Assembly: GCA_965220085.1 (NCBI GenBank)
Contig: CBDCOZ010000003.1
Coordinates: 288,001 to 352,000, forward strand
Direction: 5' to 3'
DNA: 64,000 bases
Source of the DNA: Candidatus Oxydemutatoraceae bacterium
GTDB lineage: Bacteria > Pseudomonadota > Gammaproteobacteria > Poriferisulfidales > Oxydemutatoraceae
Positions 49,923 to 59,407 of this stretch are shown here, piece by piece. The notes beneath the pieces are model-generated. The model was not told the origin of the DNA and ran no database searches. It saw only the letters and a program-made list of their open reading frames with translations. Numbering within the stretch: the first letter of the stretch is position 1; each line of letters opens with the position of its first letter. The position numbers and the translations under genes were made by a program.

Positions 49923-50174
49923 CTAACCCTTTCCTTTGCTTTTAGTTGCGGGAGGATTCAGAGGGAGCGGCGAATTCCATGGCTGGCCTACTTGTCCAAA
50001 AAAATCCTGAGAGGGCAGTGCGAGACTCTCGCCCCTCTGATTTAGACGTAAATCTGAATCTGAAATATCTAGCCCTAGTTCTTTTAATTCTTTCAAATTT
50101 AATTCTTCAGAACCCTCAGCGACACATGGCAATGAAAAAAGTAACAATATGGTAAAGAAAATTAAGCGTTTCAT
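49923..50174 (-). CDS. Small secreted protein, MKxLIFF family (copy 3)
   Basis: AGGAGG RBS; signal peptide; LNQRGESLALPSQDF. Confidence 0.78.
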   Translation of the reverse strand: MKRLIFFTILLLFSLPCVAEGSEELNLKELKELGLDISDSDLRLNQRGESLALPSQDFFGQVGQPWNSPLPLNPPATKSKGKG

Positions 50175-50214
50175 AACTTACCTCCTAAAGATACCGAAAT
50201 AAGATTATACAATT

Positions 50215-50360
50215 GGCGCTGACATGGTGGTATGTTCCATTCGCTCCGCGCTTCAAAACAGCCCGGACTGATTCCATACCGTTGGTGTGTGCCATGCCAT
50301 TGACATACTCGTTGGCAGAATGTTTGACGGATTCATGTTGATAGGACAGCCGTCTGATTC
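50215..50360 (-). mobile_element. IS1595-family transposase fragment
   Basis: HESVKHSANEYVNGMAHTNGMES..AVLKRGANGTYHHVS. Confidence 0.8.
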
Positions 50361-50478
50361 CTAATAGCCGGAATGCTCGGCGGGATAAATGGCGCTGAAG
50401 TTGTTTGAACGGCTTAATGGCTAACGTTAGCGGGAACAATTATAGTGCCCGACTTCCTTGAAATGCGCAACCTTAGGT

Positions 50479-50757
50479 CTAACTCGTTCCTCCGTTTGCA
50501 GTTGCAGGAGGAGGATCCAGAAGGGGTAGCGAATCCCACGACTGGCGGGCCTGTTTAGAGAAATCCCGAGAGGGTAGTGCGCGACTCTCACCCCTCTTAT
50601 TTAGGCGTAAATCTGAACTTAAAATCTTTAGTTCTGACTTATCTAGGCCTAAAATCTCTTGTATGTCTAATTCTTTCAAATCTGAATGCTGAGAATTCCC
50701 AGCGACAGACGGCAATGAAAAAAGCAACAATACGATAAAGAAAATTAAGTGTTTCAT
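50479..50757 (-). CDS. Small secreted protein, MKxLIFF family (copy 4)
   Basis: Same RBS, signal peptide and core motif. Confidence 0.78.
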   Translation of the reverse strand: MKHLIFFIVLLLFSLPSVAGNSQHSDLKELDIQEILGLDKSELKILSSDLRLNKRGESRALPSRDFSKQARQSWDSLPLLDPPPATANGGTS

Positions 50758-50797
50758 AACTTACCTCCTAAAAGATACCGAAATAAGATTATACAAT

Positions 50798-50945
50798 TGG
50801 CACTGACATGGTGGTATGTTCCATTCGCTCCGCGCTTCAAAACAGCCCGGACTGATTCCATACCGTTGGTGTGTGCTATGCCATTGACATACTCGTTAGC
50901 AGAGTGTTTGACGGATTCATGTGGATAGGACAGCCGTCTGATTCC
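50798..50945 (-). mobile_element. IS1595-family transposase fragment (duplicate)
   Basis: Near-identical to 50215-50360. Confidence 0.8.
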
Positions 50946-51054
50946 TAATAGCCAGAATGCTCGGCGGTACAAATGGCGCTGAAGTTGTTTGAATGACTAA
51001 CGTTAGCGGGAACAATTAAGTGCCTAACTTCCCTTGAAACATGCAACCTCAGGT

Positions 51055-51312
51055 CTAACTCTTTGCTTTGCTTTTAGCAGGAGTATCTGAAGGGAGCGGA
51101 AAATTCCACGTCTGGCGTGCCTGTCCAGAAAAATCCTGAGAGGGCAGTGCGAGACTCTCGCCCCTCTGATTTAGATCTAAAAGCTCTAAATCTGAAATGT
51201 CTAGCCCTAAATCGCTGCTCATCAAATCTAATTCCCTACGCTCTCCATGACCTCCAGCGACAGACGGCAATGAAAAAAGTAACAATACGATAAAGAAAAT
51301 TAAGTGCCTCAT
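51055..51312 (-). CDS. Small secreted protein, MKxLIFF family (copy 5)
   Basis: Same RBS, signal peptide and core motif. Confidence 0.78.
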   Translation of the reverse strand: MRHLIFFIVLLLFSLPSVAGGHGERRELDLMSSDLGLDISDLELLDLNQRGESLALPSQDFSGQARQTWNFPLPSDTPAKSKAKS

Positions 51313-51520
51313 AACTTACCTCCTAAAGATACCGAAATAAAATTATACAATAAGTTTTGGAAATGATGTGAAATACTTTATATGGTGATTCATTAAGTTG
51401 TATGGCATCCATCACAATTGCCAAGCAAATGAGGCGATGGTTCCAATCTAAAATGCCTGGCGTAGCCCTCAGCCATTTGCTCTTTCGTGTCCTTGAGTGA
51501 AGTATGCATCGGCAATATCT
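51313..51520 (-). promoter_or_regulatory. Conserved ~210-bp leader between Sel1 gene and peptide gene (also at 6251-6461 and 38899-39122)
   Basis: Three alignable copies ending in an RBS (AGGAGG/AGAGG) and ATG. Confidence 0.6.
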
Positions 51521-52879
51521 CTAGTAGCCTTCGCATATCATGTCTGGCAGGCACATCTCACTGACTCCTTTTAACCAACAGTCAGTGCATCGCGTTGCTT
51601 TGGTCTGTGCTTCCTCCAGTTCTCCTGCAGACAACTTCTTAGCAATAGTATCCCGGGGAGATTCTGAATAATCATGCCCGTTAGCTGCTGCAATAGAAAA
51701 CCACATATATGCCCTCTTGTAGTTTTGCGGAACACCTCGCCCTTCTGCGTACATCGCACCGAGATTGTGCTGTGCTACGGCATTATGTTCAGCGGCGCAA
51801 CGATACCACTTCACTGCCTCTTCGTAGTTTTGCGGAACACCTCGCCCCTTTGCGTACATCACACCGAGGTTGGTTTGTGCGTCGGTGAACCCCTTATCAG
51901 CAGCACGCCGATACCACTTCACCGCCTCTTTGTAGTTTTGCGGAACACCTCGCCCTTTTGCGTACATCACACCGAGGTTGGTTTGCGCTATATGTTTGAA
52001 AGCTTCAGTTCCTGGAGCTCCTACATTTTCAGTAGCAAGCCGATACCATTCCACTGCCTCTTTGTAGTTTTGCGGAACACCTTGTCCATATTCGTACATC
52101 ACACCAAGGCTGACTTGTGCTTCGGCGTTCCCCTGATCAGCAGCAAGCCGATACCATTCCACTGCCTTTTTGTAGTTTTGAGGAACACCTCGTCCTTTTG
52201 CGTACATCGTACCGAGTTTGGCTTGTGCTTCGGCGTTCCCCTGCTTAGCAACACGCTCATACAATTCCATAGCCTTTTTATAGTCTTGCGGAACACCTCG
52301 TCCGGCTTCGTACATCGTACCGAGTCTGACTTGTGCTTCGGCGATCCCCTGATTAGCAACAAGCTGATACCATTTCACTGCCTTTTTGTCGTTTCGCTGA
52401 ACACCCTGCCCTTTTGCGTACATCCGGCCGAGAATGAATTGTGCTTCGGCATCCCCCTGATTAGCAAGACTCCGTATATTATCCTTTTTCTCCTTGCTCA
52501 TTTCACTGCCCTCTGTTGTAGATGATAGGCACCGTTGGGATTGGGCTGTGGTGGCATTATCAACACCCAAGGCATGCTCGGTAATCGTCTCTGTTGTCTC
52601 TTGTCGCACTTTAAGTTTTATGCCTCTGAAGTCTACCTCTGTTACCTGGTCCAAAAAACTGTCTATCTTATCGCCATGTTTGCTATAGAAACCACCGACC
52701 AGCACTACCACTACTACTGGCCATAACACATTGCCTTTGCCGCCAATGAAGTCCCCTTTGACTCCTAGTTTCTTCTCAGCAACCCAACGAGTTGCCACAG
52801 CAAGAGAATAAAGAACTGCCGTAACAACGACAATAATAATAAGAAGAGAAATCAATTGCATTGTCTTTCCATTTGGCAA
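51521..52879 (-). CDS. Sel1-like repeat protein with N-terminal TM domain
   Basis: About 7 Sel1 repeats; N-terminus resembles 39123, C-terminus resembles 6462. Confidence 0.93.
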   Translation of the reverse strand: MPNGKTMQLISLLIIIVVVTAVLYSLAVATRWVAEKKLGVKGDFIGGKGNVLWPVVVVVLVGGFYSKHGDKIDSFLDQVTEVDFRGIKLKVRQETTETITEHALGVDNATTAQSQRCLSSTTEGSEMSKEKKDNIRSLANQGDAEAQFILGRMYAKGQGVQRNDKKAVKWYQLVANQGIAEAQVRLGTMYEAGRGVPQDYKKAMELYERVAKQGNAEAQAKLGTMYAKGRGVPQNYKKAVEWYRLAADQGNAEAQVSLGVMYEYGQGVPQNYKEAVEWYRLATENVGAPGTEAFKHIAQTNLGVMYAKGRGVPQNYKEAVKWYRRAADKGFTDAQTNLGVMYAKGRGVPQNYEEAVKWYRCAAEHNAVAQHNLGAMYAEGRGVPQNYKRAYMWFSIAAANGHDYSESPRDTIAKKLSAGELEEAQTKATRCTDCWLKGVSEMCLPDMICEGY

Positions 52880-52987
52880 AAATAATAATACTTATAAAAG
52901 CGGTCGTGATGTCTAACTGATGAACAGCACAACAGCATGTTCTGCGATTCTATCACGCAGAGTCCGAGCCGACACAAATAGCACAGG

Positions 52988-53130
52988 AGTGAATAATGCC
53001 GGAAAAATTCCGGATTCCGGCATCAACACGACAGGCGGTATCAAAGCATCGGTTATACGGTAGCAGAGGTTCTATAAAGCAGCTGCTTCCGCCGCAAAGG
53101 GGGCATCTGCGAGTCCTACGACCAAAACTT
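52988..53130 (+). mobile_element. IS481-family 5' relic (second subtype)
   Basis: Matches 42146-42285. Confidence 0.6.
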
Positions 53131-53367
53131 GAAACCCTTGCATGATGGGAGAAACACGGCATAAAAGCAGTATGGACGCTCCCCATGTCGCCCGCTCATC
53201 ACTATATGCGGCGCGGCAAAAACATCAGCGCAATGACATGCATTTGATAGCTCCTCGCAGGAGTGCATAATATGCTTCTGTGATTAAATTGCGTATAACC
53301 GAGCATACAACTCAGACACCCATATTGGAACTCCCCGACATGTTGCAACTCTCCAAACCGAAAACCC

Positions 53368-54084
53368 GTGAGCAAAATGACTGAAACCCCATCACAGGCG
53401 CTAATCCAAAAGCCGCTGTTTTATATCTGGCTGCCCGTTCTGGTCACCGCCTCACCCTACTTAGCAGAGTACATCGGCGCAGAAGCTTGGTTCTACAGCG
53501 AGAGCGGGTTGCTCGAATGGATGACGGTCGGCTTCCTCGCAGTTGCAATCGCGGTTGCGGCAGTCAGTTTGACGCCCGCCCGTCTTGCCGGGCGTTATGT
53601 ACTGACGTGGTTTGTCCTTCTGTTGCTGGGTGCGGTGTATTTTGCCGGTGAGGAGCTGAGCTGGGGGCAGCATATTTTCGGCTGGAGCACGCCCGAAGGC
53701 TGGGCCGCGATCAACGATCAGCAAGAGACCAACCTGCATAATCTGGGTTTTGTGTTCGACCAGTTGCCGCGCGCCGTGATGACTATTGCGATTTTCATCG
53801 GCGGCATTTGTTACCCGCTCTATCGTCGCTGGCGCAAGATTCCCGATGCATCACTGACCGGCTGGCGCAGCATGTGGCCGGCGCAGGTCTGCCTGCCAAC
53901 CGCCGTGTTGGCGCTGCTGACACGCCCGGCAGAGGAGATGGCGCAGGCGTTTGAAAGCCTGCCGCGGTGGATGGACATCAGCAACGGCGAACTCAAGGAG
54001 TGCCTGATAGCGCTGTTCATCCTGATTTATGTCATGGCGTTGCGGGACGCGTTGCTGCGGGGGAGGTTGCAATGTACATCGTAA
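53368..54084 (+). CDS. Hypothetical multi-TM membrane protein
   Basis: AGEELSWGQHIFGW, NDQQETNLHN; overlaps the hldD start. Confidence 0.85.
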   Translation: MSKMTETPSQALIQKPLFYIWLPVLVTASPYLAEYIGAEAWFYSESGLLEWMTVGFLAVAIAVAAVSLTPARLAGRYVLTWFVLLLLGAVYFAGEELSWGQHIFGWSTPEGWAAINDQQETNLHNLGFVFDQLPRAVMTIAIFIGGICYPLYRRWRKIPDASLTGWRSMWPAQVCLPTAVLALLTRPAEEMAQAFESLPRWMDISNGELKECLIALFILIYVMALRDALLRGRLQCTS

Positions 54085-55028
54085 CGGGCGCCGCCGGTTT
54101 CATCGGCAGCAATGTGGTCGCCGCGCTCAACCGGCAAGGCATCACCGACATCGTAGCGGTTGACAATGTGCCGCCCGACGGCGCGCCCAACTTGTCGTGC
54201 CTCCGGTTTGAAGATTACTTCACTGCGGAGAACTTATTGTCGCGCTTTGATGATGCGGGATTCGCGCGCAAAGTTCAAGCAGTGTTTCACGAAGGGGCGT
54301 GCTCCTCGACCGTTGAGAGCGACGAAGAATTCATGCTGGCGAACAACTACGAGTACTCCCGCTTCTTGATAGAACTCTGCGCGCGGCACCGGATTGTCTG
54401 CCAGTATGCGTCCACCGCCGGTGTGTATGGTCATAATAAGGCTTCCCGCGAAACGCCGGACAACGAGGCGCCGCTGACTATCTATGGCCATTCAAAGCTG
54501 ATGATTGATAACTATGTGCGCAGCATATCGCAAGATTGTCCGTCGCCGGTGACAGGTTTGCGCTACTTCAATGTCTATGGTCCCGGCGAAGGGCACAAAG
54601 GTTTTATGCGCAGCACGCCGCTGGTGTTTGACTGCCAGTTGCGCGATACGGGACAGATCAAAGTGTTTGGCGCCGGCGAGGGTTACGCAGACGGGCAGCA
54701 CTGTCGTGATTTCATTCACATCGATGACATCGTAGCGGTGAAGCTTTGGTTGCTGGAGCATCCCGCAACCGGCATCTACAATCTTGGCACCGGTCGCAGG
54801 CGTACTTTTCTGGAAGTGGCGCAGACGGTATTGGACTATCACGGCAACGGCACGATTGAGTTCGTTCCGTTTCCGGAAAAGCTCAAGGGCAGTTATCAGG
54901 CTTACACCGAGGCCGACCTGAGTGCGTTGCGCGCGCTCGGCTATCGCGATGAGATGCAACCGATAGAGCAGGGCATTCCCGCTTATCTGGACTGGCTGGG
55001 CGACCACGCCAGCGCTACGGCAAGCTGA
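54072..55028 (+). CDS. hldD: ADP-L-glycero-D-manno-heptose 6-epimerase
   Basis: YIVTGAAGFIGSN, FHEGACSST, YGHSK, GLRYFNVYGPGEGHKG, YQAYTEAD. Confidence 0.95.
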   Translation: MYIVTGAAGFIGSNVVAALNRQGITDIVAVDNVPPDGAPNLSCLRFEDYFTAENLLSRFDDAGFARKVQAVFHEGACSSTVESDEEFMLANNYEYSRFLIELCARHRIVCQYASTAGVYGHNKASRETPDNEAPLTIYGHSKLMIDNYVRSISQDCPSPVTGLRYFNVYGPGEGHKGFMRSTPLVFDCQLRDTGQIKVFGAGEGYADGQHCRDFIHIDDIVAVKLWLLEHPATGIYNLGTGRRRTFLEVAQTVLDYHGNGTIEFVPFPEKLKGSYQAYTEADLSALRALGYRDEMQPIEQGIPAYLDWLGDHASATAS

Positions 55029-56068
55029 TCGAACTTGTCGATCACATCGTCAACGGCAATCAAATCCATCACGCCCTTGCGTTCTATTTTCGTACCCCAG
55101 CGTAATTCCCGCACATCTTTGCCGCACCGCTTACGCGCGGCGTCGGCGTACCTGTCAACACACCGATCTTTGCTCAAGTAGGGCGCCGCGCGTTTTGGAT
55201 TAGTCGCCGCATACAGCCCGATCACCGGCGTATCAACGCAGGTTGCGATATGCGCCGGTCCCGAATCCGGACAGATGACGACATCGCTGTGCGCAATCAG
55301 CGCCGCCAACTGGCGCAGTGTGGTTTTGCCAATCAGGTTCAACGGCTGTTCGCGCATGGCTTGCGGGATGAGTTGCGCGTGTCGCGCTTCTTCGGCGCTG
55401 TTGCCGCCGGTCAGAACGACCCGCGCGCCGTAATGTTGCGTTGCGTAATCGGCGACGGCGGCATAGCGTTGCGGCGCCCAATCGCGCAAGGAGTGACTGG
55501 AGCACGGGCTGATCACGATGTTTCGTTTGCCCCCCAGATGCTTGCGGGCGAACGCTTCGTCGTCTTGGTCGTAGCACCGGTTCCAGACCATGTTGCGCGC
55601 CATGCCCAGCGCGTCGGTGAAGCCGAGAAACGAGTCGAGCACATGTTCGTTCTTGTGCGCCGGAATGCGCAGGTTGGTTACCAGACTGTGAAAGTCGCGC
55701 GCGCGGGCGCGGTCAAAGCCGAGGCGGTTGCGGCTGCGGCAGGCGAGCAACGGGACGAGGTTGGCGCGCAACGACAGTTGCATCAACAGCAGCAGGTCAA
55801 ACCGTCTTGCGCCGAGTTGTTTTCTGATATCGCCATATGCCCGCGCCCCGCGGCTTTTGTCCATCACTAGCCATTCAATGTCGGGCACATTGCGCACTAA
55901 GGCGTGTTCGGTTTTGCCGATGACCCAACTGATTTGCGTCTGCGGCCAGTTTGATTTAATCGTGTTGATAACCGGCAGGGCGTGGGTTACATCGCCGATA
56001 GCGGAAAGGCGCACCAAGCAGAGCGTCTCGGGCGGGTGCTTGATAATCTGTTCTAGGTGACCGGACAT
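54983..56068 (-). CDS. Glycosyltransferase family 9 (heptosyltransferase-like)
   Basis: VRLSAIGDVTH, DSGPAHIA, IGLYAATNP. Confidence 0.92.
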   Translation of the reverse strand: MSGHLEQIIKHPPETLCLVRLSAIGDVTHALPVINTIKSNWPQTQISWVIGKTEHALVRNVPDIEWLVMDKSRGARAYGDIRKQLGARRFDLLLLMQLSLRANLVPLLACRSRNRLGFDRARARDFHSLVTNLRIPAHKNEHVLDSFLGFTDALGMARNMVWNRCYDQDDEAFARKHLGGKRNIVISPCSSHSLRDWAPQRYAAVADYATQHYGARVVLTGGNSAEEARHAQLIPQAMREQPLNLIGKTTLRQLAALIAHSDVVICPDSGPAHIATCVDTPVIGLYAATNPKRAAPYLSKDRCVDRYADAARKRCGKDVRELRWGTKIERKGVMDLIAVDDVIDKFDQLAVALAWSPSQSR

Positions 56069-56135
56069 TAAAAGTGCTGTTGTGCGGGTATCGCTTATCC
56101 CGCTTGCGCAACATAGAGAAATTATATACTGCGTA

Positions 56136-56502
56136 AGCAATACTCTCTCCTTGCGGGAGAGTCACAGAGGCCGAGCCGCAGGCGAAGGGCGATGTGGCGA
56201 GGGGGTAAGTTTTGAGCTTGCGCATTGCTACTCGCCTCCTGGTAAGCGCTCAAGCGCAACCGCCAATACAAGCAATACTCTCTCCTTGCGGGAGAGTCGC
56301 AGAGTCCGAGCCGTAGGCGAAGGACGATGCGGTGAGGGGGGGTAGCTTGCACGACGTTAGTGCGAGATAGAAGCATTCCCCCTCTCCAGCGCGCAAAGCT
56401 CGCTGACTCTCCCGCAAGGGGAGAGTAATGGTTAGTGCAAGTATGGAGCATCCCCCCTCTCCGACAATGTGCGAGCTTTCCGCTGAGCTCGCTGACTCCC
56501 TC
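56136..56502. repeat. Cluster of REP-like palindromic intergenic repeats
   Basis: CTCTCTCCTTGCGGGAGAGTC units at ~56143 and ~56278; inverted GACTCTCCCGCAAGGGGAGAG at ~56406; partial at ~56495. Confidence 0.75.
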
Positions 56503-56542
56503 TGTGGTAAGCGAAGGTTAGATTGTCTGTCGGACGGGTTGC

Positions 56543-56836
56543 TCAGGCATGGGATACAGAGGTAATCTTCCGCACTTTTATTTTGCCGGCACGTTTTTTG
56601 GCCTTTGCAAAGTCATAATTGGCTTGCATACGCACCCAGATTTCCGCGCCGCCGCCAAAGGCTTTGTCTAAGCGGATGGCCATCTCCGGAGAGACTCCGG
56701 CAAGGCCGTTGATCACGCGCGATAAAGAGTTGCGGCTTACCCCGAGGTGGGCCGCGCCTTCTGTGATGCTCATCCCAACGGCGTCAAGCGCCGTTTTGAT
56801 TTGTCTCCCCGGATGGGGCGGATTTTTCATAGCCAT
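56543..56836 (-). CDS. higA: HigA family antitoxin
   Basis: [26 protein letters not shown]. Confidence 0.93.
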   Translation of the reverse strand: MAMKNPPHPGRQIKTALDAVGMSITEGAAHLGVSRNSLSRVINGLAGVSPEMAIRLDKAFGGGAEIWVRMQANYDFAKAKKRAGKIKVRKITSVSHA

Positions 56837-56883
56837 GGTCTGATGAAGAAGCGCTACAGCGCCGAGTTTTTTGAAGTGATTAC

Positions 56884-57162
56884 TTAGTGGTAGTCACCGT
56901 AATCAACATCCCACGCATCTCCGTCTTGTATCCGGAACCATATTCGATAATTTTCAGACACTCGGACTGCCCAGAAGTCTTTATATTTGCCGCTTAGCTT
57001 GTGCAAATAAAAACCTGACAACCTCATTTCTGATGGTTCCCTTGTTGCATCTAAACGGGAGAGAATGTCTTCAACACGCTCTCTATGCGCTGGATGTATT
57101 TTGCTCGGGTCATCTGCATTAAACAGCTTTTCTAATGGCTTGCTCTTGAAAGTCCTTATCAT
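56884..57162 (-). CDS. higB: HigB/RelE family toxin
   Basis: [37 protein letters not shown]. Confidence 0.93.
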   Translation of the reverse strand: MIRTFKSKPLEKLFNADDPSKIHPAHRERVEDILSRLDATREPSEMRLSGFYLHKLSGKYKDFWAVRVSENYRIWFRIQDGDAWDVDYGDYH

Positions 57163-57397
57163 TTATAAAAGTTGTCAGTTTGTCCATCATGTAGCCTCTA
57201 TGTTTTGAAATTAAAAGTTTAGATATTCAGAGTACGAATTTTATCTCTCATTGAATCTAATCGTATCGCGTATCGTTACACTTGTCAAATGGCTATTAGC
57301 ACAGTGCAATGCTTGAAAAAAGTGCCACTCATCAAAGATATAGGCCGGTTCGTCCGAAGCGGCGCTTGCGCAGGCGACAAAGCGCATAACATGCCGT

Positions 57398-58093
57398 ATG
57401 CCTTTTTTCAGCAAACATTGGTTTCTGACACCTTGCCCGCTGTGTCTCGCAAGGGTGCCTCATGCCGGACTTTGTTCTGCGTGCGCCGCCGAGTTGCCGC
57501 AGTTGCCGGCGCCGCACTGTCGGCGATGCGCCGAGCCGTTGGCGGCGGAGACGCAGACAGGGGAATGCGCTCGCTGCCTTTCTGACCCGCCGCCGTATGA
57601 TCGCGCGTATTGCGCGCTGGCTTATACCCCGCCGGTTAGCATGCTGATCAGCCGCTTCAAATACCACCACACATTGCGGCTGACCGAGACGCTGACTAAC
57701 CTGATGCTGGCATACCTCCGCACGCACTCGGAACCGTTGCCCGACTGTATTTTGCCGGTACCGCTGCATCCGGCGCGCATCAGGGAGCGGGGTTTTAATC
57801 AGGCGACGGAAATTGCGCGCACCTTATCGCGCCGTATCAAGGTTCCGTACGACAAGCACTGTGTTGTGCGCATCAAGAAAACGCCGCCGCAAACTTCGTT
57901 GAAGCGCAAGCAGAGGGAGCAAAACCTGAAGGGGGCTTTTGCGCTCCGCCGGCGTCCGCCGCCCGGGCGGATTGCGGTGCTGGACGATGTGATGACGACC
58001 GGCACGACTTTTGCCGAAATAGCCAAGCTCTTAAAGCGCAACGGGGTTGAGTACATTGAAGTGTGGTCGCTGGCGCGTACTATCCGGATGTAA
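57398..58093 (+). CDS. comF: ComF family protein
   Basis: N-terminal CxxC motifs, PVPLH, RGFNQA, LDDVMTTGTT. Confidence 0.93.
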   Translation: MPFFSKHWFLTPCPLCLARVPHAGLCSACAAELPQLPAPHCRRCAEPLAAETQTGECARCLSDPPPYDRAYCALAYTPPVSMLISRFKYHHTLRLTETLTNLMLAYLRTHSEPLPDCILPVPLHPARIRERGFNQATEIARTLSRRIKVPYDKHCVVRIKKTPPQTSLKRKQREQNLKGAFALRRRPPPGRIAVLDDVMTTGTTFAEIAKLLKRNGVEYIEVWSLARTIRM

Positions 58094-58367
58094 TACCCAT
58101 GTCCGCCGCCAGCCCGAGAAAGACGATTAATCCGAGGCGGGCATTGTCAACAAATGCCCGCATGCAGGCGGCCTTGTCGTACTCCCGAATCATGGCCAAG
58201 CTCTTAAAGCGCAACGGGGTTGAGTATATTGAAGTGTGGTCGCTGGCGCGTACTATCCGGATGTAATACCCATGTCTGCCGCCAGCCCGAGAAAGACGAT
58301 TAATCCGAGGCGGGCATTGTCAACAAATGCCCGCATGCAGGCGGCTTTGTCGTACTTCCGGATCAAG
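58022..58367. repeat. 173-bp tandem duplication of the convergent comF/ubiA 3' ends
   Basis: Units start at 58022 and 58195. Confidence 0.93.
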
Positions 58368-59125
58368 AGTTGCTGGCGCACAAACAAGGCGGCGGCAATC
58401 AGCAGTCCGAGATAGTAAAGCCCGCCGAGTTGATGCAAATAGCCGACAACCGCAAGCAGCCCCGCTGCGGTCGCTTGCAACACGCCGATGATGCGGCGGT
58501 CATACCGCCCGAACAAAATCGCGGAGGACTTGATGCCCGCCTTGATGTCATCGTCGCGATCGACGAGCGCGTAAATCGTGTCGTAGGCGAGCACCCACGC
58601 GATGTTGGCAAGATACAGCGCCCAGATTGATAACGGCACGACCGGTGTGCCCGCCTCGGCGGTCCACGCCATCGGAATCGCCCAGCCGAAAGTGATGCCG
58701 AGATACAGTTGCGGCAAGTGATGCAGACGCTTCATCAACGGGTAGGTGCCGGCCAAGACGAGCGCGACAAACGACATCGCAATCGTCCACAGGTTGGTCA
58801 TCAGCACGAGCGCAAAGGCGATGCCGATGAGCACGGAGAAAAATACCAGCGCCCGAGTCGGGGGCAATTCGCCGCTGGCGAGGGGGCGGTCGCGAGTCCT
58901 TTCCACCAGCCGGTCTGCGTCGCGATCCCAATAGTCGTTGATGACGCAACCGGCGGAGCGCATCACAAACACACCGGCGACAAATATCCACAATGTGTCA
59001 AGGCGGGGGAGACCGTCGGCGCTCAGCCACAACGCCCACAGCGCCGGCCACAGCAACAGAAAGTAACCGACGGGCTTGTCGGCGCGCGCCAGTTTGATAT
59101 ACGGATGTAGCGATTTGCAACTCAT
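58253..59125 (-). CDS. ubiA: 4-hydroxybenzoate polyprenyltransferase
   Basis: [42 protein letters not shown]. Confidence 0.96.
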   Translation of the reverse strand: MSCKSLHPYIKLARADKPVGYFLLLWPALWALWLSADGLPRLDTLWIFVAGVFVMRSAGCVINDYWDRDADRLVERTRDRPLASGELPPTRALVFFSVLIGIAFALVLMTNLWTIAMSFVALVLAGTYPLMKRLHHLPQLYLGITFGWAIPMAWTAEAGTPVVPLSIWALYLANIAWVLAYDTIYALVDRDDDIKAGIKSSAILFGRYDRRIIGVLQATAAGLLAVVGYLHQLGGLYYLGLLIAAALFVRQQLLIRKYDKAACMRAFVDNARLGLIVFLGLAADMGITSG

Positions 59126-59129
59126 TTGA

Positions 59130-59327
59130 TCAATAGTCGTTGATGACGCAGCCGGCGGAGCGCATCACAAACACACCGGCGACAAATATCCACAATGTGT
59201 CAAGGCGGGGGAGACCGTCGGCGCTCAGCCACAACGCCCACAGCGCCGGCCACAGCAACAGAAAGTAACCGACAGGCTTGTCTACGCGTGCCAGCTTGAT
59301 ATACGGGTTTAGCGATTTGCAACTCAT
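59130..59327 (-). pseudogene. Duplicated 5' part of ubiA (202-bp tandem duplication)
   Basis: Matches 58929-59125; CAATAGT at 58929, 59131 and 59333. Confidence 0.92.
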
Positions 59328-59407
59328 TTGATCAATAGTGTAAGCCCGGTCGGATATCTTGGTTAAAATAGATTGTACTCAGTTCAGTTATTAATAAGGC
59401 AGAGATT

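Noticed and set aside
1716-57397. Integron cassette array, shufflon or diversity-generating retroelement
   Set aside because: No integron integrase, recombinase or reverse transcriptase. No regular attC-like sites, cargo lies on both strands, and differences between copies are not adenine-specific.
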